Shown here: positions 1-9,859 of the stretch, piece after piece
How the letters are laid out: each line of letters begins with the position of its first letter
Position numbering within the stretch: position 1 is the first letter of the stretch
From: Clostridia bacterium
GTDB lineage: Bacteria; Bacillota; Clostridia; Oscillospirales; CAG-272
DNA length: 49,651 bases
Reading direction: 5' to 3'
Assembly (NCBI GenBank): GCA_017390195.1
Contig: JAFPCR010000002.1
Location: 1-49,651, forward strand
Program-made: the position numbers and the translations under genes
The notes under the pieces: model-generated
What the model was told of the DNA's origin: nothing
The model's database searches: none
Seen by the model: the letters and a program-made list of their open reading frames with translations, nothing else

Positions 1-44
1 GGTGTTCTCGGCAATTATATTACAACCAAACTTCAAAAGCCTAT

Positions 45-971
45 TCAGTCCAATACCGATCCTACTCCGAATGCTCCCTCAAAGGCATCTGCAATAATGT
101 CTGACATTCGCTCACTTACGATATCGCTTTCTTTAGGCGAAACGAAAAAGCTCCTGCCGTTATCGAGGACGGTCTTCAGATTCTTCTCAAGGCAGGATAT
201 ATCTGCGTGTGCCAGGCAAAGTGCATCCCATACCAATGTCGATGAGCTGACAACCGTAGGTACTCCGACAGATATTACGGGAACGTTGACAGTCTCCTTT
301 GATATCGAGGTTCGAACATTTCCTATTCCCGACCCGGGTTCTATGCCCGTATCCGAGATCTGTATAGTAGACGCAAGTCTTTCGACGCTCCCCGCAACAA
401 GTGCATCTACTGCTACGACTGCATCTGCCTTTACAGCAAGGGCGGCAGAGCGTACGATAGCCGCACTTTCTATGCCGGTCTGTCCCAAGACCCCCGGTCT
501 TATTGAGGACACCTCGCAACACCTCATAAGATCAAAAAGTCTCTCGTCATAATCCTTCATATGACGAGTCACGGTAATCTTCTCGCTTACCAACGGTCCT
601 ACTGCATCGGCTGTTATAGACGAGTTGCCAAGACCTACGAGGAGTATCTTAAAATCTCGGTCGATTTTTTTGTTGGTCAGCTTCTCTGCCATTTTCGACA
701 GCTCATTCCTCAGTATCTCTGTCAAAGCCCGTGCTTCCTCGTCGTTGATCGATACCACCGATCTTCCTGATACGGTCACGTAAGTCCCACAGGGTCTTCC
801 TATCTTGCGTGCCGCATCTCTGTCTTTTATTGTTATTTTCGTTATTTCAAATCCGTCTCTCTGTTCGTTCTCATATTCCACTCCCGACATATTGCTGATA
901 TCGGTGGGGCTTTCACAGGCAAGATCTGTCCTGCGGTATATCTCGGTATTTTTGTTCATGCTTTCTGTCAT
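45..971 (-). CDS. gpr: germination (spore) protease GPR
   Basis: 308-aa ORF. It has an N-terminal RTDLA-E region, a GLGN..TADAVGP motif and a DTGIEPGSGIGN motif, all typical of the GPR endopeptidase family of endospore formers. Confidence 0.9.
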   Translation of the reverse strand: MTESMNKNTEIYRRTDLACESPTDISNMSGVEYENEQRDGFEITKITIKDRDAARKIGRPCGTYVTVSGRSVVSINDEEARALTEILRNELSKMAEKLTNKKIDRDFKILLVGLGNSSITADAVGPLVSEKITVTRHMKDYDERLFDLMRCCEVSSIRPGVLGQTGIESAAIVRSAALAVKADAVVAVDALVAGSVERLASTIQISDTGIEPGSGIGNVRTSISKETVNVPVISVGVPTVVSSSTLVWDALCLAHADISCLEKNLKTVLDNGRSFFVSPKESDIVSERMSDIIADAFEGAFGVGSVLD

Positions 972-1162
972 TTTTATCGGTCGCCTCCAAAATTAACAAA
1001 AAATACATTTATCTGCCGATATGTAGGTTGAAATGTTCACTTTTTTTCATTATAATTTTAATTTGTATTCTAATATTCGCAATCTATAATCGTAATTATG
1101 CACAGTTTACCAATGGTCTTGTTGTGCATTAAGCCAAATATTCTTTTCGTTTCATTTTATCC

Positions 1163-1191
1163 TTGAAAGTAAGCGTAAAAAATGTTACAAT
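1163..1191 (+). promoter_or_regulatory. sigma-A-type promoter upstream of the peptide-binding lipoprotein gene
   Basis: TTGAAA (1163-1168), a 17-nt spacer, then TACAAT (1186-1191) preceded by TGt (extended -10). It lies about 50 nt upstream of the ATG at 1240. Confidence 0.5.
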
Positions 1192-1239
1192 AGGTTGTGT
1201 TTATTGGAATAATCCAACATTAAGGAGGTCTACTGTACC

Positions 1240-3144
1240 ATGAATAAATTAAAACGGACAGTTGCTGTAATCATTTGTCTTGCGTGTGTCGCTATGGCAT
1301 TATTCTCGTGTGCACCGAGGTTTACGGTAACAGATACTGACAAGGGTGCTTATATCAGAGCATACGTCGCTGACGAGGCTTTCGACTTCGACCCTGTAAA
1401 TGCTTATTACAATGAATCCGTTCTCAACATCGTAAGCTTGATGTTTGAGCCGCTCTTCACATACGACAGCAACGGAAACATTCAGAATGCTCTCGTTGAT
1501 AACTACTCTATAACAGAGAACGACGAGACCGGTGAATACAAAATGATAATCAATCTCAAAGAGTCTTTTTGGAGTGACTCTACCGCTATCACCGCAGACG
1601 ACGTTATCTATGCATGGCGTAGAATTCTTAACCCCGGAAACTCTTATGAATGTGCTGCTCTGCTTTACGATATCAAGAACGCTTATGAATGCCATAACAG
1701 TATTCCCGATGCAAACGGAAATACGATCGACATATATGACATAGGTATCAGCGGAAACAGCCGCAGACTTGAGATCGAGTTTACAAAGAAGATAGATTAC
1801 AATCAGTTTATCCGTAATCTTACAAGTTATGCACTCTGCCCTCTCAACGAGGACATAGTAAAGAAGACCGAGGACTGGTCAAAGAAGCCCGCAACACTTG
1901 CTTGCTCCGGCCCCTTCAAGATCGAGTCGGTCATATATTCTCAGTATAACAAAAGAGGTGTTCTTGAAACTGCTCCTCAGCTTACACTCACAAGAAATAC
2001 CTACTATTACCGTAACGCCGACAACGTAGCTCTTTCTCCTGTATTCCCCTACAAGATCATATTGGACTACACGATGACAGACGAACAGTTGCTCGACGCA
2101 TTTAACAAAACCGGCGGTTACTCGGTTGCTGAAAACGGAGATGTTGAGCATCAGCTCTACTTCATAGGCGACATTCCGCTTTCCTTGCGTGAAACTCTTG
2201 TAAGCTCCGCAAAGATCACAGATGCTCTTTCAACACACTCATATTACTTCAACCTCAACAACGAGCTGTTTGCAAAGAAAGAGGTTCGTAAGGCTCTCTC
2301 TCTTGTAATAGACCGTGAGGCAATTGCCGCTGAGATCGTATTGGCAGATGCCGCAACCGCTCTCGTTCCTAACGGTATCTTCAATACCGATTCAAAGAAT
2401 ACTTCGTTCCGTAGCCAAGGTAAAGACCTTATAGAGACAAGCGTATCCGATGAGGCTATCGCACAGGCAAAGAAGCTTCTCTCAGATGCAAATATCACCC
2501 CCGCAGCTTATTCATTCTCTATTTCGGTTGCCGCTTATGACGAGGTTCACTGTCGCATCGCAGAGATCGTAGCAAAGACATGGAAAGAGGAGCTCGGATT
2601 TAAGGTAACTGTAAACAAGATCAATGCCGAGGTCAACGACGATTACTACAAATACACCGAAGAAACACCCAAAGACATCAACGATGATATCTACCTCGAA
2701 ACCCTTCGCAAAGGCGAATTTGATGTTATTGCACTTGACTGTGTATCTTACAGTGTAAACGCATTCGGAATGCTTGCACCCTTTGCGGCAGAATTTTCGG
2801 GACGTGCAACTATGGCAAATGCCGAAGGTGTTATGTCAACGCATATTACAGGATACAACAATACTGAGTACAACAAGCTGATCGCTGATGCTTTCAAAGA
2901 GCAGGACTCAACAAAGAAAGCTACTATTCTCCACAACGCTGAAGAAATGCTTATTGAAGATATGCCCGTTATGCCGATCATATTCAACAAGAAAGCCGCT
3001 GTTACAAGCAGTGACCTCAAGGGCATGTCGTCAAACTACTTTGTTCCCGGTGTATTTACCAACGCAACTATCGACAATTATTTAAAATTAAACTACGACT
3101 ACATTCTCGAATCCCAAAAGCTTGCGCAAAAAGAGACCGCATAA
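1240..3144 (+). CDS. ABC transporter substrate-binding lipoprotein, peptide/nickel (family 5, OppA-like)
   Basis: 634-aa ORF with a GGAGG RBS and a lipoprotein signal peptide (..ALFSCAP lipobox). Length and composition fit family-5 solute-binding proteins. No permease or ATPase genes are adjacent. Confidence 0.8.
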   Translation: MNKLKRTVAVIICLACVAMALFSCAPRFTVTDTDKGAYIRAYVADEAFDFDPVNAYYNESVLNIVSLMFEPLFTYDSNGNIQNALVDNYSITENDETGEYKMIINLKESFWSDSTAITADDVIYAWRRILNPGNSYECAALLYDIKNAYECHNSIPDANGNTIDIYDIGISGNSRRLEIEFTKKIDYNQFIRNLTSYALCPLNEDIVKKTEDWSKKPATLACSGPFKIESVIYSQYNKRGVLETAPQLTLTRNTYYYRNADNVALSPVFPYKIILDYTMTDEQLLDAFNKTGGYSVAENGDVEHQLYFIGDIPLSLRETLVSSAKITDALSTHSYYFNLNNELFAKKEVRKALSLVIDREAIAAEIVLADAATALVPNGIFNTDSKNTSFRSQGKDLIETSVSDEAIAQAKKLLSDANITPAAYSFSISVAAYDEVHCRIAEIVAKTWKEELGFKVTVNKINAEVNDDYYKYTEETPKDINDDIYLETLRKGEFDVIALDCVSYSVNAFGMLAPFAAEFSGRATMANAEGVMSTHITGYNNTEYNKLIADAFKEQDSTKKATILHNAEEMLIEDMPVMPIIFNKKAAVTSSDLKGMSSNYFVPGVFTNATIDNYLKLNYDYILESQKLAQKETA

Positions 3145-3174
3145 GGTTTATTTATTAAAATAAGATTTTATTCA

Positions 3175-3220
3175 AACTAACAAGACCGATCCACAAAAGT
3201 GGATCGGTCTCGTTAGTTTT
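3175..3220 (+). terminator. intrinsic terminator after the binding-protein gene
   Basis: Long stem aactaacaagaccgatccac / gtggatcggtctcgttagtt with an aaaa loop, followed by T residues. Confidence 0.75.
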
Positions 3221-3252
3221 ACGACAAACATATGCGTTTTTTTGAAAAAATG

Positions 3253-3281
3253 TAGACAATCTTCAAAATATATGGTATACT
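3253..3281 (+). promoter_or_regulatory. sigma-A-type promoter of the MBL-gltX-glnS unit
   Basis: TAGACA (3253-3258), a 17-nt spacer, then TGgTATACT (extended -10, 3276-3281). Confidence 0.5.
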
Positions 3282-3321
3282 GTAAAGCGTTAATATTCTT
3301 AGTATATTGGGTATAATTATA

Positions 3322-3951
3322 ATGAAAATTACTCTTCTTAACGACAAAATTCCGTGCTTTGGTTGGTGTGCAAACTGCTATGTGATCTCGCAAGGAAGTC
3401 ATGCGTTTGTCGTAGACCCATCGATCTCGTATAAGGCGATACTCGAACAGCTCAAATTATCAGGCTTGATGCTCGATGGGATCATACTTACACACGGACA
3501 TTTCGATCATATCCTATCGGTAGATGCCCTGCGTCGTGAGTCTGGTTGTAAGGTGTTCATACATCAAAATGATGCGGATATTATGCCGTATGCCGACAAA
3601 AACGCTTTCCTTCGAATGTTCTCGAATCAAGACTGTGAGTTTCCTCACGCAGATATGACCCTCAAGGACGGCGATATATTGCCTCTTGGCGATGAAAAGC
3701 TTACGGTAATCCACACACCGGGTCACACAGCAGGTTCGGTCTGCTTTCTCGGTGACGGATTTATCGTCACAGGAGATACCCTGTTCAAAAGCTCTTACGG
3801 TCGTTGCGATCTATACAGCAGTAATGAGGCAGATATGGTTGCCTCACTTCAGCGTTTGAGAGGATACGACCAAAAGCTTGTGATCTACCCGGGGCACGGA
3901 GCGACCGAGCTTCTCGGAAACGCATTAGACAACGTAATGTATTATATATAA
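3322..3951 (+). CDS. MBL-fold metallo-hydrolase (glyoxalase II-like)
   Basis: THGHFDH metal-binding motif, later HTPGHT and a C-terminal PGHG. I prefer the ATG at 3322 over the track's TTG at 3307. Confidence 0.85.
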   Translation: MKITLLNDKIPCFGWCANCYVISQGSHAFVVDPSISYKAILEQLKLSGLMLDGIILTHGHFDHILSVDALRRESGCKVFIHQNDADIMPYADKNAFLRMFSNQDCEFPHADMTLKDGDILPLGDEKLTVIHTPGHTAGSVCFLGDGFIVTGDTLFKSSYGRCDLYSSNEADMVASLQRLRGYDQKLVIYPGHGATELLGNALDNVMYYI

Positions 3952-3979
3952 CAAAAACGAAATAAAAAGGAATCAAAAA

Positions 3980-5653
3980 ATGGACTACAACTACCTTGCA
4001 GATTTACTCTTCCCCAATACAACAGAAGCCCCTGCCGATATTGAGGCCAAATACCCTCCGAGAAATCTTCCCGAAGGTGCAAAGGTCACACGCTTTGCCC
4101 CCAGCCCGACAGGATTCGTTCACTTCGGCGGACTTTTCCCCTCAACCGTAGGTGAGAGACTCGCACATCAAAGTCAGGGTATATTCTATCTTCGCATCGA
4201 GGACACCGATGCAAAGCGTGAGGTCGAGGGTGCGGCAGAGGGACTTATCACGACGCTTGCTCACTACGGCATAAATTTTGACGAGGGAGCAGTTCTCGGT
4301 GGCGACCGTGGAGATTACGGTCCTTACCGTCAAAGCCAACGTGCGTCGATATATCACGTATACGCAAAGCAGCTCGTCCGTGAAGGAAAGGCATACCCTT
4401 GCTTCTGCACAGACGAGGAGATACAAACCCTTTCGCAGACCGACAAAAAGGCCGAGATAAAAAACAAGGATTGGCACGAGGATGCAGAAGCTGCACGTCT
4501 CCAAATGTTAAAGCAACGTGAGTTTACGATAGAAGAGGTTGAAGCCGAGATCAAGGCAGGTCACAAATTTGTTCTCCGTATCCTCGCAGACGGAGACCCC
4601 AACAAGAAAGTTCCCTTCACTGATCTGATAAAGGGCAAGCTTGAGATACCCGAAAACGATGAGGATTTCGTTCTTTTAAAGAGCGACGGAATTCCCACTT
4701 ATCACTTTGCTCACGCAGTTGACGATCATCTTATGGGTACGACTCATGTAATTCGTGGCGAAGAATGGCTCCCGAGTCTTGCAAAGCATCTTCAGCTTTT
4801 CAGATATCTGAATTTCAAGCTTCCCAAATATCTGCATATAGCACAGATCATGAGACTCGACGAAAACGGCTCCAAGAAAAAGCTCTCAAAGCGTGACATG
4901 GGTGCTAACATGAACGATTACAAGGAAATGGGCTATGCTCCCGAGTGCGTAAACGAGTATGTTATGACTCTTCTCAACTCAAACTATGAGGAGTGGCACG
5001 CTCAAAATCCCGAAAAGCCCTATACCGAGTTCCCCTTCAGCATAAAGAAGATGAGTACATCGGGATGTCTTTTCGACTTCAAAAAATTCAACGACATTTC
5101 AAAAAATGTAATATCAAGAATGACTGCCGAGCAGGTGTACAAATACTCTCTTGAATGGGCTAAGGAATTTGATGCGGAATTTGCATCTGTTCTTGAAAAT
5201 GATCCCGAATACACAAAAGCTATTTTGGCGATCGGACGTGGCGGAAAGAAGCCGAGAAAAGACCTGGCTACATGGCGTGACGTTAAGGATTACGCAGGAT
5301 TTTTCTACGACAAATACTTTAAGATCGAGCAACCGATCGACGAAAGGTTCGACAGCTCCGACATTGTAAACTGCCTCAACGCCTTTTTAGAAAGCTATGA
5401 CTGCTGTGACACTATGGACGTATGGTTTGAAAAGATCAAGACCATATCGGCAGAAAACGGATTCTGTGCCGATACAAAGGAATACAAGAACAACCCCGAT
5501 GCCTACAAGGGCAGCGTTGCAGATGTCAGTATGTTTTTGCGTGTTGCAGTAACAGGAAAGCTCAATGCTCCGGATATGTATTCGGTAATGCAGATATTGG
5601 GCAAGGATAAGGTTTCCGAACGCATCACATCAATGATCGACTCATTAAAGTAA
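3980..5653 (+). CDS. gltX: glutamate--tRNA ligase (long form)
   Basis: RFAPSPTGFVHFGG (a HIGH-region variant), LRIEDTD, and KLSKR (KMSKS-type). 557 aa. Confidence 0.88.
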   Translation: MDYNYLADLLFPNTTEAPADIEAKYPPRNLPEGAKVTRFAPSPTGFVHFGGLFPSTVGERLAHQSQGIFYLRIEDTDAKREVEGAAEGLITTLAHYGINFDEGAVLGGDRGDYGPYRQSQRASIYHVYAKQLVREGKAYPCFCTDEEIQTLSQTDKKAEIKNKDWHEDAEAARLQMLKQREFTIEEVEAEIKAGHKFVLRILADGDPNKKVPFTDLIKGKLEIPENDEDFVLLKSDGIPTYHFAHAVDDHLMGTTHVIRGEEWLPSLAKHLQLFRYLNFKLPKYLHIAQIMRLDENGSKKKLSKRDMGANMNDYKEMGYAPECVNEYVMTLLNSNYEEWHAQNPEKPYTEFPFSIKKMSTSGCLFDFKKFNDISKNVISRMTAEQVYKYSLEWAKEFDAEFASVLENDPEYTKAILAIGRGGKKPRKDLATWRDVKDYAGFFYDKYFKIEQPIDERFDSSDIVNCLNAFLESYDCCDTMDVWFEKIKTISAENGFCADTKEYKNNPDAYKGSVADVSMFLRVAVTGKLNAPDMYSVMQILGKDKVSERITSMIDSLK

Positions 5654-5716
5654 AAATACTTACCTCTTTTTATGTGTTATATCCGCACTCAAGAGTAAGA
5701 AAGGAATCTAACTAAC

Positions 5717-7375
5717 ATGGAAGAAATCAGCACGAATTTTATACATGATATAATTGACACTGAGCTTGCCGAAAACCCTGAAAAGAAGATCCACACACGC
5801 TTTCCGCCCGAACCTAACGGATATCTCCACATAGGTTCTGCAAAGGCTATTTGGATAAACTGTCAGACGGCAAAAAAATACGGCGGTCTCTTTAATCTCC
5901 GCTACGACGACACAAACCCTGCCAAAGAGGATAACGAATATGTTCAGGCTATACACGAGGATCTTTGCTGGCTCGGAGCAGAGCCGACAGGCGGTATCTT
6001 TTACGGCTCGGATTATTTCGACAAGTGCTATGAGTACGCAGTAAAGCTCATCAAGGAGGGCAAGGCATATGTATGTGACCTTTCTGCCGAGGAGATGAAG
6101 CAATACCGTGGAACTCTCACTGAAAACGGCAAGAACAGCCCGTGGAGAGAGCGTTCTGTCGAGGAGAATCTCGATCTTTTCGAAAGAATGAAGAACGGTG
6201 AATTCCCCGACGGCTCGCACACCCTGCGTGCAAAAATAGATATGTCAAGCCCGAACATGAATATGCGTGACCCTGCGATCTACCGAATCGTTCACACGTC
6301 ACATCATCGCCAAAAGGACAAATGGTGCATCTATCCCCTCTATGACTTCGCCCATCCTATTCAAGACGCACTTGAGGGCATTACCTATTCTCTCTGCTCT
6401 CTTGAATTTGAGAACCACAGACCGCTTTATAATTGGGTAATAGACAATATAGGATTTGATCCCAAGCCCCGTCAGATCGAGTTTGCAAGACTGAATATCA
6501 CAAACACGGTAATGAGTAAGCGTTACCTGCGTTATCTTGTTGAAAACGGTCTTGTCGATGGCTGGGACGACCCTCGTCTGCCCACGATATCTGCTCTTCG
6601 TCGCAGAGGTTATACCCCCGAGTCGATATTCGACTTCGTTTCACGTGCAGGCGTTTCAAAGGTAAACAGCTTGGTTGATATAGAGCTTCTCGAGCACTGT
6701 ATACGTGAAGAGCTTAATGCAACTGCTCCCCGCCGTATAGTGATCGAGCATCCGATAAAGATAGTTGTAACAAACTATCCCGAGGACAAGGTCGAATATT
6801 TCGAGCTTCCCAACAATCCCTCGGATTCGACCGGTGCTGCAGGAACAAGACCTATCCCCTTTACACGTGAGCTATATATAGATGCTTCAGACTTCGCTGA
6901 AGTTCCGCCTCCCAAGTTCTTCCGTCTCAAGCCCGACGGCGAGGTAAGACTTATGGGTGCGTATATAATCAAGTGTAACGAGATCATCAAGGACGCTGAT
7001 GGAAACATCACAGAGATACGCTGCACAGCAGACCTTGAATCGAGAAACGGCAATCCGACAGACGGACGTAAGATCAAGGGAACCATCCACTGGCTCTCTG
7101 CAAAATATTCGGCAGAGACGACTCTCATGCTTTACGACCGACTCTTCACTATTGAGAATGTTTCGGACATTCCCGAAGACAAGACCTACAACGACTATCT
7201 CAATCCCGATTCGCTGAAAAAGGTCGAGCATTGTCTTATGGAGCTCTCCCTGTGCGACGCAAAGGCAGGAGACAAATTCCAATTTGTACGTGACGGCTAC
7301 TACTGCCGTGACTCAAAGTACCCCAACACATTCAACCGTATAGTAGGACTCAAAGACAGCTTTGCAAAAAAGTAA
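5717..7375 (+). CDS. glnS: glutamine--tRNA ligase
   Basis: RFPPEPNGYLHIGSAKA, LRYDDTNP, a VMSKR motif and a C-terminal anticodon-binding beta-barrel-like region. 552 aa. Confidence 0.92.
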   Translation: MEEISTNFIHDIIDTELAENPEKKIHTRFPPEPNGYLHIGSAKAIWINCQTAKKYGGLFNLRYDDTNPAKEDNEYVQAIHEDLCWLGAEPTGGIFYGSDYFDKCYEYAVKLIKEGKAYVCDLSAEEMKQYRGTLTENGKNSPWRERSVEENLDLFERMKNGEFPDGSHTLRAKIDMSSPNMNMRDPAIYRIVHTSHHRQKDKWCIYPLYDFAHPIQDALEGITYSLCSLEFENHRPLYNWVIDNIGFDPKPRQIEFARLNITNTVMSKRYLRYLVENGLVDGWDDPRLPTISALRRRGYTPESIFDFVSRAGVSKVNSLVDIELLEHCIREELNATAPRRIVIEHPIKIVVTNYPEDKVEYFELPNNPSDSTGAAGTRPIPFTRELYIDASDFAEVPPPKFFRLKPDGEVRLMGAYIIKCNEIIKDADGNITEIRCTADLESRNGNPTDGRKIKGTIHWLSAKYSAETTLMLYDRLFTIENVSDIPEDKTYNDYLNPDSLKKVEHCLMELSLCDAKAGDKFQFVRDGYYCRDSKYPNTFNRIVGLKDSFAKK

Positions 7376-7389
7376 TATAATAAAAACAG

Positions 7390-7430
7390 CACAAGACGGC
7401 AGCATAATGCTGCCGTCTTGTGAAATTTTT
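7390..7430. terminator. bidirectional intrinsic terminator between convergent glnS and rpsU
   Basis: Perfect stem cacaagacggcagc / gctgccgtcttgtg with a 4-nt loop. It is flanked by an A-run upstream and a T-run downstream, so a U-tract is available on both strands. Confidence 0.8.
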
Positions 7431-7459
7431 CGGGGTCGTTACAATTTGTAACGACCCCG
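7431..7459. other. second perfect hairpin between glnS and rpsU
   Basis: cggggtcgttacaa / ttgtaacgaccccg, about 13 bp. There is no clear U-tract on the minus strand. Confidence 0.6.
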
Positions 7460-7478
7460 TCAATTGACAAATATTTAA

Positions 7479-7655
7479 TTATTTGTATTTGCGTTTTCTT
7501 GCAGCTTCAGATTTTTTCTTACGCTTTACGCTGGGCTTCTCATAGTGTTCTCTTTTACGAAGCTCGGTGAGGACACCGGAACGTGCACACTGACGTTTAA
7601 AGCGACGAAGGGCACTGTCAAGAGTTTCGCCTTCCTTAACTTTTACTTCTGCCAT
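7479..7655 (-). CDS. rpsU: 30S ribosomal protein S21
   Basis: Hand translation of the minus strand gives [58 protein letters not shown] (58 aa). A GGAGGG RBS lies upstream. The gene is absent from the ORF track because it is under 60 aa. Confidence 0.93.
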   Translation of the reverse strand: MAEVKVKEGETLDSALRRFKRQCARSGVLTELRKREHYEKPSVKRKKKSEAARKRKYK

Positions 7656-7752
7656 TACTTTTTCCCTCCCCTCGCTGATGACAGGAAATTCCTAAATCTC
7701 AAGATCTAACTCTTCAAGATCTCAGCCTTTCCAAGATAACATCTCTTTTGTT

Positions 7753-7781
7753 ATTATACACCGTCAAAGCGATTATGTCAA
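7753..7781 (-). promoter_or_regulatory. consensus sigma-A promoter of rpsU
   Basis: On the minus strand: TTGACA (7776-7781), a 17-nt spacer, then TATAAT (7753-7758). This leaves a leader of about 90 nt. Confidence 0.7.
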
Positions 7782-7799
7782 TAGATTTTTGGTATTTTT

Positions 7800-9647
7800 T
7801 TATTTTCCTGCTGCTGCCTGCATCTCACGTCTCTTTTTCATCATTACCTTCATACGCTCGTCTGTGTTGAGTATCTTCTTACGCAAACGAATGCTCTTAG
7901 GTGTTACCTCGATAAGTTCGTCATCGGTGATAAATTCAATTGCTTCTTCAAGCGTGAACACCTTCGGAGGAATGAGGAGCAATTTTTCATCTGCTCCGGC
8001 AGAACGAATAGCTGTAAGATGCTTTTCTTTGCAGGGGTTTACTGCGATATCATCGTTTTTGGGGTTCTCTCCAACGATCATTCCCTCATAAACAGGAGTC
8101 TGCGGTCCTACGAATAACAGACCTCTTTCCTGTGTGTTATACAGACCGTAACGTGTTGTAACACCTGCTTCCGATGCTATGAGCGAGCCTGTGAAACGCA
8201 TTACGACCTCGCCTCTGAAGGGCTGGTATCCGTCAAAGATAGAGTTCATTATTCCCTCTCCGTGAGTTGCCGTCAAGAACTCCGAGCGATAACCGAACAG
8301 GCATCTTGCAGGAATAACATACTCAAGCTTCATTCTGTTTCCTATAGGATTCATCTCTATGAGATCGCCCTTTCTCTGTCCGAGCTTTTCAACGACCGCA
8401 CCTACATACTCAGAGGGTACGTCGAGCGTTACCCTTTCCATAGGCTCGCATTTTTCTCCGTCTATCTCCTTAAACAGAACCCTGGGGTTTGAACAGCAAA
8501 GCTCATATCCCTCTCTTCTCATCGTCTCAACGAGGATCGAAAGGTGCATCTCTCCTCTTCCCGCAACCTTAAATTCCTCGGTAGTTTCTCCGTCGGAAAC
8601 ACGCAGAGAAACGTCCTTGAGCAATTCACGGTACAAGCGTTCTCTGAGGTGACGTGATGTTACGAACTTACCCTCTTTGCCTGCAAAAGGACTGTTGTTT
8701 ACCATAAATGTCATTTCGAGTGTAGGTTCGCTTACCTTAACGAATTCAAGCGGCTCGGGGTTTGTCGTGCTTGTTACGGTATCCCCGATCGTAAGAACCT
8801 CTGCACCCGAGAAGCATACGATATCTCCCATCTTTGCTTCGGTAACGGGAACTCTTACAAGTCCGTCGATCTGATAAAGCGATACTATCTTTATTCTCTT
8901 AGGGGCTTCTCCCGAATGGTAGTTACAGATGAGAGCCTCCTGATTCTGCTTTATACGGCCTCTCTCAATGCGTCCGATACCTATTCTTCCGACGTACTCA
9001 TTATAGTCGATTGAGGAAACGAGAAGCTGAAGATCTCCCTCGTCGTCTCCTTCGGGAGCGGGAATATAGTCGAGTATCTTGTCAAAGAGAGGAGTAAGAT
9101 CTTCGCCCTCGATCTTCGGAGAGGTCGATGCCGTTCCTGCTCTTCCCGAGCAGTACAGCATGGGGCTGTCGAGCTGTTCATCATTTGCACCGAGATCCAT
9201 AAGAAGCTCAAGGACTTCGTCCTCGACCTCGCTGATACGTGCATCGGGCTTGTCTATCTTATTTATTACAACTATTACCTTATGGTTAAGTGCGAGTGCC
9301 TTTTGAAGCACGAAACGTGTCTGAGGCATAGGACCCTCGGCAGCATCGACGAGCAAAAGAACTCCGTTTACCATTTTTAGAATACGCTCGACCTCTCCTC
9401 CGAAATCGGCGTGTCCGGGAGTATCCACGATATTGATCTTTACGTCATTATAATGTACGGCTGTATTCTTTGCGAGGATAGTAATTCCTCTTTCACGTTC
9501 GATATCTCCGGAGTCCATAACACGTGTTACGGTTTCCTGATTTTCACGGTAAATACCGCCCTGTTTCAACATTTGGTCGACCAATGTGGTTTTTCCGTGG
9601 TCAACGTGTGCAATAATAGCAATGTTTCTTAAATCTGTTCTTACCAA
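7800..9647 (-). CDS. typA: translational GTPase TypA/BipA
   Basis: [16 protein letters not shown] (G1), DTPGHADF (G3), NKID (G4). 615 aa. TTG start with a GGAG RBS 9 nt upstream. Confidence 0.93.
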   Translation of the reverse strand: MVRTDLRNIAIIAHVDHGKTTLVDQMLKQGGIYRENQETVTRVMDSGDIERERGITILAKNTAVHYNDVKINIVDTPGHADFGGEVERILKMVNGVLLLVDAAEGPMPQTRFVLQKALALNHKVIVVINKIDKPDARISEVEDEVLELLMDLGANDEQLDSPMLYCSGRAGTASTSPKIEGEDLTPLFDKILDYIPAPEGDDEGDLQLLVSSIDYNEYVGRIGIGRIERGRIKQNQEALICNYHSGEAPKRIKIVSLYQIDGLVRVPVTEAKMGDIVCFSGAEVLTIGDTVTSTTNPEPLEFVKVSEPTLEMTFMVNNSPFAGKEGKFVTSRHLRERLYRELLKDVSLRVSDGETTEEFKVAGRGEMHLSILVETMRREGYELCCSNPRVLFKEIDGEKCEPMERVTLDVPSEYVGAVVEKLGQRKGDLIEMNPIGNRMKLEYVIPARCLFGYRSEFLTATHGEGIMNSIFDGYQPFRGEVVMRFTGSLIASEAGVTTRYGLYNTQERGLLFVGPQTPVYEGMIVGENPKNDDIAVNPCKEKHLTAIRSAGADEKLLLIPPKVFTLEEAIEFITDDELIEVTPKSIRLRKKILNTDERMKVMMKKRREMQAAAGK

Positions 9648-9690
9648 AATCGTTTTCTCCGTTCTCTGTATAGATTCTTTTTAACAATTA

Positions 9691-9719
9691 ATTATACCAC
9701 AGTTATTAAATTTTCGATA
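9691..9719 (-). promoter_or_regulatory. possible extended -10 promoter of typA
   Basis: On the minus strand: TGgTATAAT with a weak -35 (TATCGA) at 17-nt spacing. Confidence 0.35.
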
Positions 9720-9787
9720 TATTCACTTTAACGTTTTTTATGCATTTTTTTGACGTTTTTTAGTGCAATATTACATTTTGTTGTCAA

Positions 9788-9816
9788 TTGACTAAATTCT
9801 CAAAAAATGATATATT
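9788..9816 (+). promoter_or_regulatory. possible promoter of the HAD hydrolase gene
   Basis: TTGACT (9788-9793), a 17-nt spacer, then TGaTATATT (-10 at 9811-9816). Confidence 0.45.
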
Positions 9817-9859
9817 ATATTATAATTGCACTTTGATTAAAATGTATACGGAGAAACAC

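Noticed and set aside
972-1040. Forespore sigma-F/sigma-G promoter upstream of gpr, and a sigma-E/sigma-K promoter upstream of the dacB-like gene (39855-40051)
   Set aside because: They are expected from Bacillus biology. However, the sequences (for example ACATATCGG...TGTTAAT, and TCATAAAT...CAATATTA) match the consensus too poorly for me to call.
3952-5716. T-box riboswitches upstream of gltX and glnS, and likewise of leuS at 13378-13421
   Set aside because: The intergenic gaps are only 28, 63 and 44 nt. No specifier or T-box (AGGGUGGNACCGCG-like) sequence is present.
5708-6220. Long antisense ORFs inside verified genes. Examples: 5708-6220, 11197-11655, 12070-12579, 14431-14910, 24110-24637, 24942-25568, 26787-27401, 27896-28453, 29939-30643, 38793-39482, 46690-47202 and 47195-47677.
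   Set aside because: These are shadow frames opposite strongly supported conserved genes. Their translations are low-complexity or Cys/Arg/Ser-rich, have no RBS and have no recognisable motifs.
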